A stretch of DNA of 64,000 bases, taken from Macrostomum lignano (taxonomy: Eukaryota). The notes beneath the pieces were generated by a model that did no database searches, was not told where the DNA came from, and saw only the letters and a list, made by a program, of their open reading frames with translations. The DNA is taken from positions 124,001 through 188,000 of the forward strand of contig NIVC01000282.1 in NCBI GenBank assembly GCA_002269645.1. The letters run 5' to 3'. The position numbers and the translations under genes are program-made. Shown here piece after piece: positions 1 to 8,935 of the stretch. Positions within the stretch are counted from its first letter, which is position 1, and each line of letters starts with the position of its first letter.

Positions 1-580
1 TTTGAAACTCGAGTAAAATTTGGTGTACAGGTTTGAGCACCTGTCAAATTTGAGTACAGTTTGAGCACGCGTGTTAAAATTTTGTTTTGACGAGCTCGAG
101 CAAGTGTGAGTTTAAAACAAAACCGAAATTAACTTCGTCGGTACACTGAAAACAAACCAAAAATAAAAAGAATCGTCGACGCAAAACAAACAAAAAATAA
201 CTGAAACATTTTGCCGGCACAAAAACTAAAACAAAACCGAAATTAATTGAAACTTCGTGGAGAGCAGAGTTAATTGACAAAAGAGAGAGAGTCAAAGAAG
301 AGAAGAAAGACTTTGCAAAGCAAGAAGACAAGTCCACTTCAACTTGAAGATACACTTTGCGGGACGCCTCATAAGTGCGAAATCAGCAAGCGAACAGAAC
401 AAGTTCATTTGAGGACAACCAGTGGCAGCAAGCCACACCGCATCCGAGGCCAGCGAATAACAAATCGACACCACAAGGCAATTCGTTACAGTCGAGGTTT
501 ATTCCGAGGCAAACACCACACTGGACGATCCGTTACAAATCGATCCAGATCTTGAACTACCGTTCTACCCTATCAACAAC

Positions 581-3259
581 ATGGCGCGGCGCAATCCAAC
601 GGTACACAGAGACATCAAAGAAACGGTCGGTACTTTCTCGATGGAGAAAGATTTTAACACATTTGTCGACCATTTTGACCTGGTATGTAGGGAATACAAC
701 CTACAAAATCCAGAGAAGGCACAGCTGCTGCCACCTCTTCTCCAAGGTACTGCGCGAGAAATTTACGGCAAGCTGGATGCGGCAACACAGCAAAATTATC
801 CAGCACTAATCATTCAACTGCGCGCGCATTTCAACCGTTGCGGCACAAACAGATCAGTGCTGCTGCACAAGTTGCATAACAGAAGGATGCAAGCAACAGA
901 ATCCTTCCTCGCCTTTGTGGACGATATCCGCCAGATAATTAAGGCACTGCATCAGCCACCGCTGCAAGCTGCGGACCAACCACCACTGGGAGCGGCAGAA
1001 TTGGCCGCCAGAGAAAGACAACGATTGATGGATCGTGAACAAAACCTCATCCTGCACGTAATAAACAACGCACAGCCGTCACTTCGGGATAGACTTTTGC
1101 GTGAAAATATCGAAACCGAAGAAGACCTTTTGCGTTGCGGAATGCAATGGGAAGCCAGTGCCCCATTAATGACGACAGGCAACAATGAAGTGCAGAAACT
1201 GACGCAGCAACTAAACAAGTTAATGCAGCACCAGACAGCTGCTATCGCCGAACAAAAAAGACGAAATGAACAAGCCTCAGCCAGATGTTACTACTGCGGA
1301 CAAGAAGGACATTATCAGATTAATTGTCCTCATTGGTCAACAAGATACGACAAGCCGCGACAGATATTCAACAATCAGAAGCCGCAGAAACCATGGCAGC
1401 ACTATCAAAATCGCCAACAACAAGGAATGAGACGCTTCGGAAATGATAGACGCTTCGGAAATAATGACCGCTCCGGAAATGATGGCCGCTTCGGAAACGA
1501 AGGCCGCTTCAGAAGTAATGGCTACAGGCCACGCAACGTCAGATACACACAAAGACAGCCGACGCAAGCAATGCCACGATACGCGAATGCCATCACGTAC
1601 ACACCGGAAAATGAACAGCAAGAACAGCAAGTGTTCACAATTGACGACTTGGAAATGGACTTCACAGTCCCGGAACTTGACATCAGCTTGATCGAAAAGA
1701 AGACGACGCACGAGGACAACACTGACAACACAGAAGAGACGAATGAAACCGAAATGATCAAATTAAAAGAGACCACCGGAGACAGCAGAGAAAACAGGAA
1801 GAAAGTAAATCACAAGACAAGGGAGGAGGCGGAGAGCGACATCGGCAACGAAGAAAAGATGAAAACCGGCGAAGAAAACAACTATGAATCGACAACAGTG
1901 GATGACGACAAAACGAGCATGAAAGACAAAGAAATGAAAGAAGAAGAAGAATGTAGAAGTTACGGCAACGACCACGACTGCGAGGTGCGTGATGACACGA
2001 ACGACTACCAAGCCGAAAGAGGAATGCAGGAAGAACCGAGAGCGGAGAATCTAAGTTCCGACAGCGATCAAGGCTACGAAATACAATGGAAAGATGAAGA
2101 AATGGAAAAAGAACAGGTGAAAGAAAAGCCGAGTTCCGACAGCGACGAATGCTACGAGATCCGATACAAACGAAATGGTGAAGCCTATATTCAAACGGTC
2201 GACTACAAGACAGAGAAAAGATACCAAACGCAATGGAGTGAAACAACGGAAACATCGGAAGAAGCCGCAGACGAAGATAATGAAATAACCAAAAAGCAAA
2301 GCGAATCAGAAGCCTTCCGCCTGGATCAGCCAATGGAACAACCGAAAGAATATGATGCGGACATGGAAGATAACGAATGGCGATCGCAGCCAATGCCAGC
2401 AAGGACAACGGCAAAATCCAAGAAGTGGAAAAACTGGCTATTCTGGATCATCGTGATACTACTGATAGCAGTAGTCGCCAAAGCAACGGCAACGGAAAAG
2501 CCAATGATTTGTCCAACGGATGCGCATATCCAACCGATGATCTACAAGATACCAACCGACATCAAATGCAGTTACTTCAAGACAAACCAGACAAAACCAA
2601 AGAAGATTACACTCGATCTCTACAAGGCTAACATCAAGAAGCATCGACAACACGGGATAGTATGCTTCAGAGACAAGCACCTGGTGGAAAAAGTTTGGCG
2701 CGGACAATGGAACCGGATCCGATTTAAACAACATGAGCTACATGTGTCGCACGCGGAATGCCTACAATGGAATCAAACACTATTTTCAAAGGATGGTGAA
2801 CTGGAACCAGATGAGAAGGTCGGCAACGCACAGCTGTTCAGAACAAAGAATTCAGCCAACGGTCGATATATTCACTTCTTCGGAAAATGGAAAGAATATA
2901 TGGCACGCAACAGCTACTTGATCAGAAATATTCCATTCTACTACAATCCGTACGAGAAAATGGAATCGTTACAGCTGCAACTAAGCGAATGTCGATACAG
3001 TGAAGGATGGTGTCCAACGCCGATTCTACGGAAGGAAGAACTACACAGTCTACCACTGAGTCCAACATATCATCAAGACTATCGATGGCAGATTGAGCAC
3101 AGAGCACAATCACACTATGAGGAACCGTACAAATCACGACAATACTTCTTCGCGTGGAAGTTGAGCCGGAAATTGACTGCAAGCTTCAAAAGTATCACAC
3201 AGTTGAAGGAGGACTACTGTCAAATACGTTTTTGGCAAAGTCAGGAGACTTGGCACTGA
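581..3259 (+). CDS. gag: Gag (capsid-like N-terminus, zinc knuckle) + acidic linker + internal signal peptide + N-terminal half of Env-like glycoprotein
   Basis: 892-aa ORF; CYYCGQEGHYQINC (CX2CX4HX4C) at 1286-1327; hydrophobic WLFWIIVILLIAVVA at 2435-2479 followed by an A-T-A signal-peptidase-type site; Cys-patterned ectodomain afterwards. Confidence 0.9.
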   Translation: MARRNPTVHRDIKETVGTFSMEKDFNTFVDHFDLVCREYNLQNPEKAQLLPPLLQGTAREIYGKLDAATQQNYPALIIQLRAHFNRCGTNRSVLLHKLHNRRMQATESFLAFVDDIRQIIKALHQPPLQAADQPPLGAAELAARERQRLMDREQNLILHVINNAQPSLRDRLLRENIETEEDLLRCGMQWEASAPLMTTGNNEVQKLTQQLNKLMQHQTAAIAEQKRRNEQASARCYYCGQEGHYQINCPHWSTRYDKPRQIFNNQKPQKPWQHYQNRQQQGMRRFGNDRRFGNNDRSGNDGRFGNEGRFRSNGYRPRNVRYTQRQPTQAMPRYANAITYTPENEQQEQQVFTIDDLEMDFTVPELDISLIEKKTTHEDNTDNTEETNETEMIKLKETTGDSRENRKKVNHKTREEAESDIGNEEKMKTGEENNYESTTVDDDKTSMKDKEMKEEEECRSYGNDHDCEVRDDTNDYQAERGMQEEPRAENLSSDSDQGYEIQWKDEEMEKEQVKEKPSSDSDECYEIRYKRNGEAYIQTVDYKTEKRYQTQWSETTETSEEAADEDNEITKKQSESEAFRLDQPMEQPKEYDADMEDNEWRSQPMPARTTAKSKKWKNWLFWIIVILLIAVVAKATATEKPMICPTDAHIQPMIYKIPTDIKCSYFKTNQTKPKKITLDLYKANIKKHRQHGIVCFRDKHLVEKVWRGQWNRIRFKQHELHVSHAECLQWNQTLFSKDGELEPDEKVGNAQLFRTKNSANGRYIHFFGKWKEYMARNSYLIRNIPFYYNPYEKMESLQLQLSECRYSEGWCPTPILRKEELHSLPLSPTYHQDYRWQIEHRAQSHYEEPYKSRQYFFAWKLSRKLTASFKSITQLKEDYCQIRFWQSQETWH

Positions 3260-6200
3260 CGTTTCAAAAGAAACCAGTCGAGCAAAAACTGAAATGCAAG
3301 GATACAGACAAGACACTATTCATCTCGGAACAAGAGATACCAGTCTACGTAAAGGATGAAGACAAACAAACCTTCTTGGCAATCATCAATGGAACGTATC
3401 AGCAACAAGAAAAACAGAATAGAAGACGACGTGACATCGAACGTCCCAAACTGGTGTCAAACCGGCTGTTGTCAGCAAAGATAACGGCTTTGGATCACAA
3501 TCTACACAACCAGTTAAACCACTTGCATCGAACACTGGTCCAGCTAACTTGCAAAATGCACGCAATCAACTTAAATTATGCCAGACAAAACTACTATGTC
3601 AACCCTACGATGACTTTTCGTAAAATCACCGGAATGACGAACGTTTTGGCAGTTCCAATATACGAGCATCTGTTGATATACAAGTGCACGCCGATACAGC
3701 ACTTTAACATCTTGCCGTCAAACACGTCAACAACCTGCTACGATAAGCCAAGGATTGAAGCGTTCTACGAAGGAAAACGAATTCAGGGATTCTTGGACAC
3801 GGTACACAACATCATCGTTGGCACCGCAATACCGAGACCTTGCACCACGGCAGTAAACTACTATCAACTGGACAATGCACTACACGTCATCAAAACAACT
3901 GGAACGACAGCAAACGTCACAGAACCGGAAGTAATCGTCGACGAAAACTACGACATGGAGGATTTGAAAATCCGATTCAACAGAACGAAGTATACGCCAT
4001 TCGCCGATATCCAACTTGACGAGATAACACCAGGATGGACGATCAACGACTTCTTGCAAGCGTTCATCACCCAACGCAAGATGATTCACCAGCTGTTCAC
4101 AAGAAAGGACAAAGGAACCGGGACAGGAAGATTTCCCGTCCTTGTTTCAATGGACAGCGCCATCAAATCATTTTGGACAAATAGCTTCTGGGAGCTGCTC
4201 AATGGAAGAGGCAGTCTCTATCAAGGATTCATCTTCTACGGTGCTTGCATTGTGTGGATTGTCACGGCAATCTTCATCATTTCATCGATCGTACGGTGCT
4301 TCAGTCAAACTTGTCCAAGAGCTAAGAAGACAGTGAATGCCATAATGCAAAGAACGACAACGGAAAGCGACAACAGTTTAGAACTAACAGAAACTGCACA
4401 TTGTGAGGTTCAAGGGCAACCGACACTAGCAACGCGGCTATATCCATCGATTCCGACAACACCAACGGCACCAAGGATACAACCACCCAACTATCAAGCA
4501 GAACAGCACGAGCCAAAATGGCCGGAAAACTACGTCTGTACGCTACACGCCGAGATTGGCAAAGCAATGGCTCAGGTCATTGTCAACAACTTGCCATGTC
4601 GAGCACTACTGGATTCAGGCAGCTCGATCACAGTCATCTCGCAACAATTATGCAACAAGCTACGACTCGCGGTACGACCAGCAGCAATCGCAGTTGCAGG
4701 AGCAGGAGGACATTCACTCAACATCCTAGGAAAAGCAGATATCGACTTGAAAATTGCTAATAAACAGCTGACGGTCCCGACGTACATCATCGACAGACTA
4801 CCAAACCAAGACGTCATCGTTGGAATCGACACGTTCAAGCAGCTTCAACTACCATTGACCTTCGACTTCAACAAGCAAACGTTTAGGATCGACACGGTGG
4901 AGCAACCGCTGATCAACCAGATTCGAGTACTACCGAAAGTAACTCTGCAGCAAGATGTCATTATCCAGCCTGAAAGCGCATGCTGGGTCAGAGCGAAAAC
5001 GACCAGCGCGGCAGATGAAGCAATGATATTTGATCCACACAGGAGAGTCACGGCAAAACATCAAATCATGATGCCTACGGCACTAGTGCTGGTTGCAAAG
5101 GATAAGCAACTGCCAGTACAAATCTTCAACCCGAACACAGAAACGGTTCATCTACGACAAGGAATGTGCATCGGTCATCTCAACACCCAAGCATCGGTTA
5201 TGCTGATTGAACAAGCGACTCCACGACTAACAGAGGAAGAATTTCAAAAGAAGATCAATTTGGATGACAGCCCGATTACGGAACAGCAAAAGAGGAAAGT
5301 TCGACAGCTGTTGTGGAAGTACAACGAAGCCTTCTGCCATCATGATTACGACATCGGACGAGCCAAGGACATCAAACAGGAAATCAAACTTCTGCCGCAC
5401 ACGGAACCAATTCAGTGCAAGCCGTACCCGATCGCCAAGCATCTGCAACAACACTTTGACGAAATCATCGATAAAATGCTAAAGCACGGCATCATCAGCA
5501 AAGCTATTTCGGCTTACTCCTCACCGTGCCTACTGGTACAGAAGAAGGAGACAAACGAAAGACGACTCGTATGCGACTTCAGACTGTTGAACAAGTACAT
5601 ACCGACGGATCAGCAAAGCCTACCGAAGATCTCCGAACTACTAGCAAAGCTCAACACGGCAAAATTGTTCACGGTGTTCGACCTACGTCATGGATTTTGG
5701 CAAATTGAAATCGAGAAAGAGTCACGACAGTACACGGCTTTCAAAACCTACAATGGACAAGTATACGAGTACAATCGATCGCCGATGGGACTTAGCAACA
5801 GCCCAGCAACGATGAGTCGACTAACAGCATACATGCTAGCAGGATGCACGAACCTGCTGCACTATGTCGACGACATTTTAGCCTACGGAGAGGATTTCGA
5901 GCGACTCTACGAAGCTACGGAGAAGGCCCTAGCGCTCATTCAACGCCAAGGTCTGAAGCTACAACCAACTAAATGCAAATTCTTCCGAGACAACGTGCGT
6001 TACCTGGGACATCAGGTGACAGCCAAAGGAATCTCACCGGACCCAGACAACGTGGAAAAGGTGAAGAAGTTTCCTACGCCAACCAGTATAACGAAGGTCC
6101 AATCATTCCTTGGACTTGCGCAATACTTCAGGAAGTTCTTACCTAACTTCGCAAAGACAGCAAAGCCACTGTACGACCTGCTCAAGTTCGACAAATGGAA

Positions 6201-8076
6201 GCAAGACAACTGGACACAGAGACAACAGGAAAGTTTCGACGAAATCAAACGACAGCTGACATCAGACGCACTGCTACAGCATCCGGACTTCGACAAGCCC
6301 TTCATCATCGAGACAGACGCCTCAGGAACGGGACTCGGAGCAGTCCTACTACAGGAAACCGAGGACAAGAAGGAACGACCTATTGCCTACGTCAGTCGAG
6401 CACTCAAACCAAATGAAACAAAGTGGTCAGCTACGGAACGAGAGCTACTAGGAGTCTTGTTCGCCCTGCGACAGTTTCATTACTACATCTATGGTTCTCC
6501 AATACAGACGATAGTACGCACGGATCATGCACCATTGACCTACGTCGTAACTACAAAAGGACAGACCAACAACCGACTCATCAGAATGACACTCAAGATC
6601 CAGGATTACAACTACAAACTCGTCTACAAACCAGGAATTACCAACAAAGCCGCGGACGCCCTGTCAAGAGCCTATGAAGTCAACGCCATTCATCCAATCC
6701 CTAACATCAAGGAGTTGGTGGATGAAACCGAGCGCGACAACTTCTACCAAGCGGTTAAAGACGACGACAAGAACATCAAACTCAGTCCCATGGAACGAAA
6801 ATTCCTACGCAAGCAACGACAACACCTAACAATCAATAAGTCACGGCTCTACTGGATGAGCGACAATAAACCCAAGATCTACATACCATATTCGTTTCGG
6901 CAAGCAATTCTCAACGAGCTACACGACAACCCACTCGCTGGACACCTGTCGGCAGCAAAGACCATCGCGAGAGTGGAACAATACTACTTTTGGCCAACTA
7001 TGTACGGCGACATCAAGCAGTATTGCAACAACTGCCATTCATGTGCTGCATCAAAGACAGGACGACGACAGAAACCGCAGCTACAGTCCATTCCGAAGTC
7101 GACTACAATGGACTGTCTAAGCATCGACATCACCGGACCGCTACCACCGAGCTGTCTCCAGGGCATCGCCTACACCTACATTCTAACCGCCTTGGATATC
7201 TTCTCGAAGTTTGCTATCGCCATACCGATACCGGACATCACAGCTCAGACAGTGGCAATGAGTTTCTTCAACGAAATCATTTGCAAGTACGGCACGCCGA
7301 AGAACCTCACATCGGACAACGGATCGCAGTTTACATCGCAACTGTTTCAGCAAGTCGTAAGGATTCTCAACATTACGCAGATCTACACATCGACCTACAA
7401 TCCGAAGGCAAACATGGTTGAACGGTTTCACCGCAACCTGCACGAGATGATTACACATTTCGCGCACCAACAGCCGGAAGACTGGATCATCTACCTGCAA
7501 TCTGTAACAATGGCCTACAACAGCGCTATTCATCGATCAACGGACAATACGCCATTCTTCCTAATGTTTGGACGAGACTTCCAACCGCCGAATCTGCTCG
7601 CACAGCAATTGCTACCATCGCAGTACGTGGAAGTACCGACTTCCATTCAGAAATTCGTCACGCAACTACACCTCGCATGGAAGATCGCCAAGCACAACAT
7701 TGACAACCAGGTGGCTCTGACCACCGGCAACGACGCGAGATCGACAACCCTGACGGCCGGCGACATCGTCTACCTACACTACCCGCCACAGCAGACGCAT
7801 AAACATGCACAGAAGTACAAAGGACCCTATCGAGTGGTCCAACTAACGTCACCAACAACGGCACGCCTGGCTAATGTACAAGATCCACATCAGCACCAGT
7901 TCTACGTACACATTCATCGACTAAAGAAGATCAACACTGACACAGCGACGTTTCTACCGACATTAGACAACGCTGATCGCACGCGTTCAACGAACCGCCA
8001 CATCGCGACGAAGCACGAGGAGACTCAAACGACAGATGTGAGCCAGCCACATGGCTACAACCTACGACCACGCTAG
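3154..8076 (+). CDS. pol: C-terminal half of Env-like glycoprotein (furin site, gB-like core, TM) fused in frame to Pol (PR, RT, RNase H, IN)
   Basis: 1640-aa ORF, frame open from 3121, no ATG start; RRRR at 3421-3432; TM at 4225-4293; protease Asp codon at 4612; YVDD at 5863-5874; IETDAS at ~6307; integrase H..H..CxxC, SIDITG, TSDNG, VERF; GPY motif; ends GYNLRPR. Confidence 0.93.
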   Translation: MEVEPEIDCKLQKYHTVEGGLLSNTFLAKSGDLALTFQKKPVEQKLKCKDTDKTLFISEQEIPVYVKDEDKQTFLAIINGTYQQQEKQNRRRRDIERPKLVSNRLLSAKITALDHNLHNQLNHLHRTLVQLTCKMHAINLNYARQNYYVNPTMTFRKITGMTNVLAVPIYEHLLIYKCTPIQHFNILPSNTSTTCYDKPRIEAFYEGKRIQGFLDTVHNIIVGTAIPRPCTTAVNYYQLDNALHVIKTTGTTANVTEPEVIVDENYDMEDLKIRFNRTKYTPFADIQLDEITPGWTINDFLQAFITQRKMIHQLFTRKDKGTGTGRFPVLVSMDSAIKSFWTNSFWELLNGRGSLYQGFIFYGACIVWIVTAIFIISSIVRCFSQTCPRAKKTVNAIMQRTTTESDNSLELTETAHCEVQGQPTLATRLYPSIPTTPTAPRIQPPNYQAEQHEPKWPENYVCTLHAEIGKAMAQVIVNNLPCRALLDSGSSITVISQQLCNKLRLAVRPAAIAVAGAGGHSLNILGKADIDLKIANKQLTVPTYIIDRLPNQDVIVGIDTFKQLQLPLTFDFNKQTFRIDTVEQPLINQIRVLPKVTLQQDVIIQPESACWVRAKTTSAADEAMIFDPHRRVTAKHQIMMPTALVLVAKDKQLPVQIFNPNTETVHLRQGMCIGHLNTQASVMLIEQATPRLTEEEFQKKINLDDSPITEQQKRKVRQLLWKYNEAFCHHDYDIGRAKDIKQEIKLLPHTEPIQCKPYPIAKHLQQHFDEIIDKMLKHGIISKAISAYSSPCLLVQKKETNERRLVCDFRLLNKYIPTDQQSLPKISELLAKLNTAKLFTVFDLRHGFWQIEIEKESRQYTAFKTYNGQVYEYNRSPMGLSNSPATMSRLTAYMLAGCTNLLHYVDDILAYGEDFERLYEATEKALALIQRQGLKLQPTKCKFFRDNVRYLGHQVTAKGISPDPDNVEKVKKFPTPTSITKVQSFLGLAQYFRKFLPNFAKTAKPLYDLLKFDKWKQDNWTQRQQESFDEIKRQLTSDALLQHPDFDKPFIIETDASGTGLGAVLLQETEDKKERPIAYVSRALKPNETKWSATERELLGVLFALRQFHYYIYGSPIQTIVRTDHAPLTYVVTTKGQTNNRLIRMTLKIQDYNYKLVYKPGITNKAADALSRAYEVNAIHPIPNIKELVDETERDNFYQAVKDDDKNIKLSPMERKFLRKQRQHLTINKSRLYWMSDNKPKIYIPYSFRQAILNELHDNPLAGHLSAAKTIARVEQYYFWPTMYGDIKQYCNNCHSCAASKTGRRQKPQLQSIPKSTTMDCLSIDITGPLPPSCLQGIAYTYILTALDIFSKFAIAIPIPDITAQTVAMSFFNEIICKYGTPKNLTSDNGSQFTSQLFQQVVRILNITQIYTSTYNPKANMVERFHRNLHEMITHFAHQQPEDWIIYLQSVTMAYNSAIHRSTDNTPFFLMFGRDFQPPNLLAQQLLPSQYVEVPTSIQKFVTQLHLAWKIAKHNIDNQVALTTGNDARSTTLTAGDIVYLHYPPQQTHKHAQKYKGPYRVVQLTSPTTARLANVQDPHQHQFYVHIHRLKKINTDTATFLPTLDNADRTRSTNRHIATKHEETQTTDVSQPHGYNLRPR

Positions 8077-8196
8077 AGTTTAGAGAACAACCCCGTGTAG
8101 TGACCGGGATAAAGAATAGCACTACAGCTTCGCAAGCTTGTCGTAAAAGGCGACTAATCCGAGCGACACAAAGACAGCGACAAATTGACGACAATT

Positions 8197-8865
8197 ATGG
8201 GCAACGCACTGTCAAAACAGGCGCCCCAGCCTCAGCAGCTATATGACTGCCCGATATGTTTAACTGATGACTTGGCTGTCAAGCCACCGACTATTTGCAT
8301 CAATGGACATAAAGTTTGCGGACAATGTTTAAGTGATTCACACTATATTCAGCCCTGGCAGAGTTGTCCCCTCTGTAGAGATAGTTTGCGACAATGTGCC
8401 TATTGTTATTCTTGGCGCACGTTTCAATATTGTAACCACCAACATTTTATTTGCATGCACTGTTTGAAGCAAACCGCTAGTAGGGGCATTATAGGATGCC
8501 CCTTATGTAACAGTATGCCCCGCGAAAACACTTTTAAGAAATGGTGTCGGATTATACCTGACCCAGCGCGTTGTTTATCCGTTTACACTATGCACACCTT
8601 AACCGCTATGAGTATCGAACGGCGGCTGGAGTTTTGGCCTGTACCTCGCTTCGTTCAGCGGTCGCGACGACAGCTACTATTATATGCTCATAGAAATCAA
8701 GGATTTTTGCGTCATATGTCACCCTTGGAGATTGAGCGACGGTTGCGGCAGTTTTTGCATGACCACGAATCATTTCACTGGACGCTACACGTATACTGCC
8801 ACGCGCTTAAACGATTAGTGCTCTCACGTAGCTATTTTATTTGGCTTTTTAGGTCTCACCGATAG
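8197..8865 (+). CDS. Accessory ORF3 of the retroelement: double RING-like zinc-finger protein with N-myristoylation motif
   Basis: ATG at 8197 (track starts at TTG 8185); MGNALSK; CPIC..C..GH.VC..C..CPLC then CAYC..C.H.H..C..C..CPLC; lies between the pol stop and the PPT. Confidence 0.8.
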   Translation: MGNALSKQAPQPQQLYDCPICLTDDLAVKPPTICINGHKVCGQCLSDSHYIQPWQSCPLCRDSLRQCAYCYSWRTFQYCNHQHFICMHCLKQTASRGIIGCPLCNSMPRENTFKKWCRIIPDPARCLSVYTMHTLTAMSIERRLEFWPVPRFVQRSRRQLLLYAHRNQGFLRHMSPLEIERRLRQFLHDHESFHWTLHVYCHALKRLVLSRSYFIWLFRSHR

Positions 8866-8935
8866 AACATATGCTTGTTACGTATCTTGAATAATCCTCA
8901 ATCGTTCTAACTATACCTATACCTATCGCCCACAG

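Noticed and set aside
1-70. Primer-binding site or end of the 5' LTR (TGGTGTACAGG at 21)
   Set aside because: Not preceded by the LTR end sequence; part of a ~30-bp tandem duplication in the 5' leader
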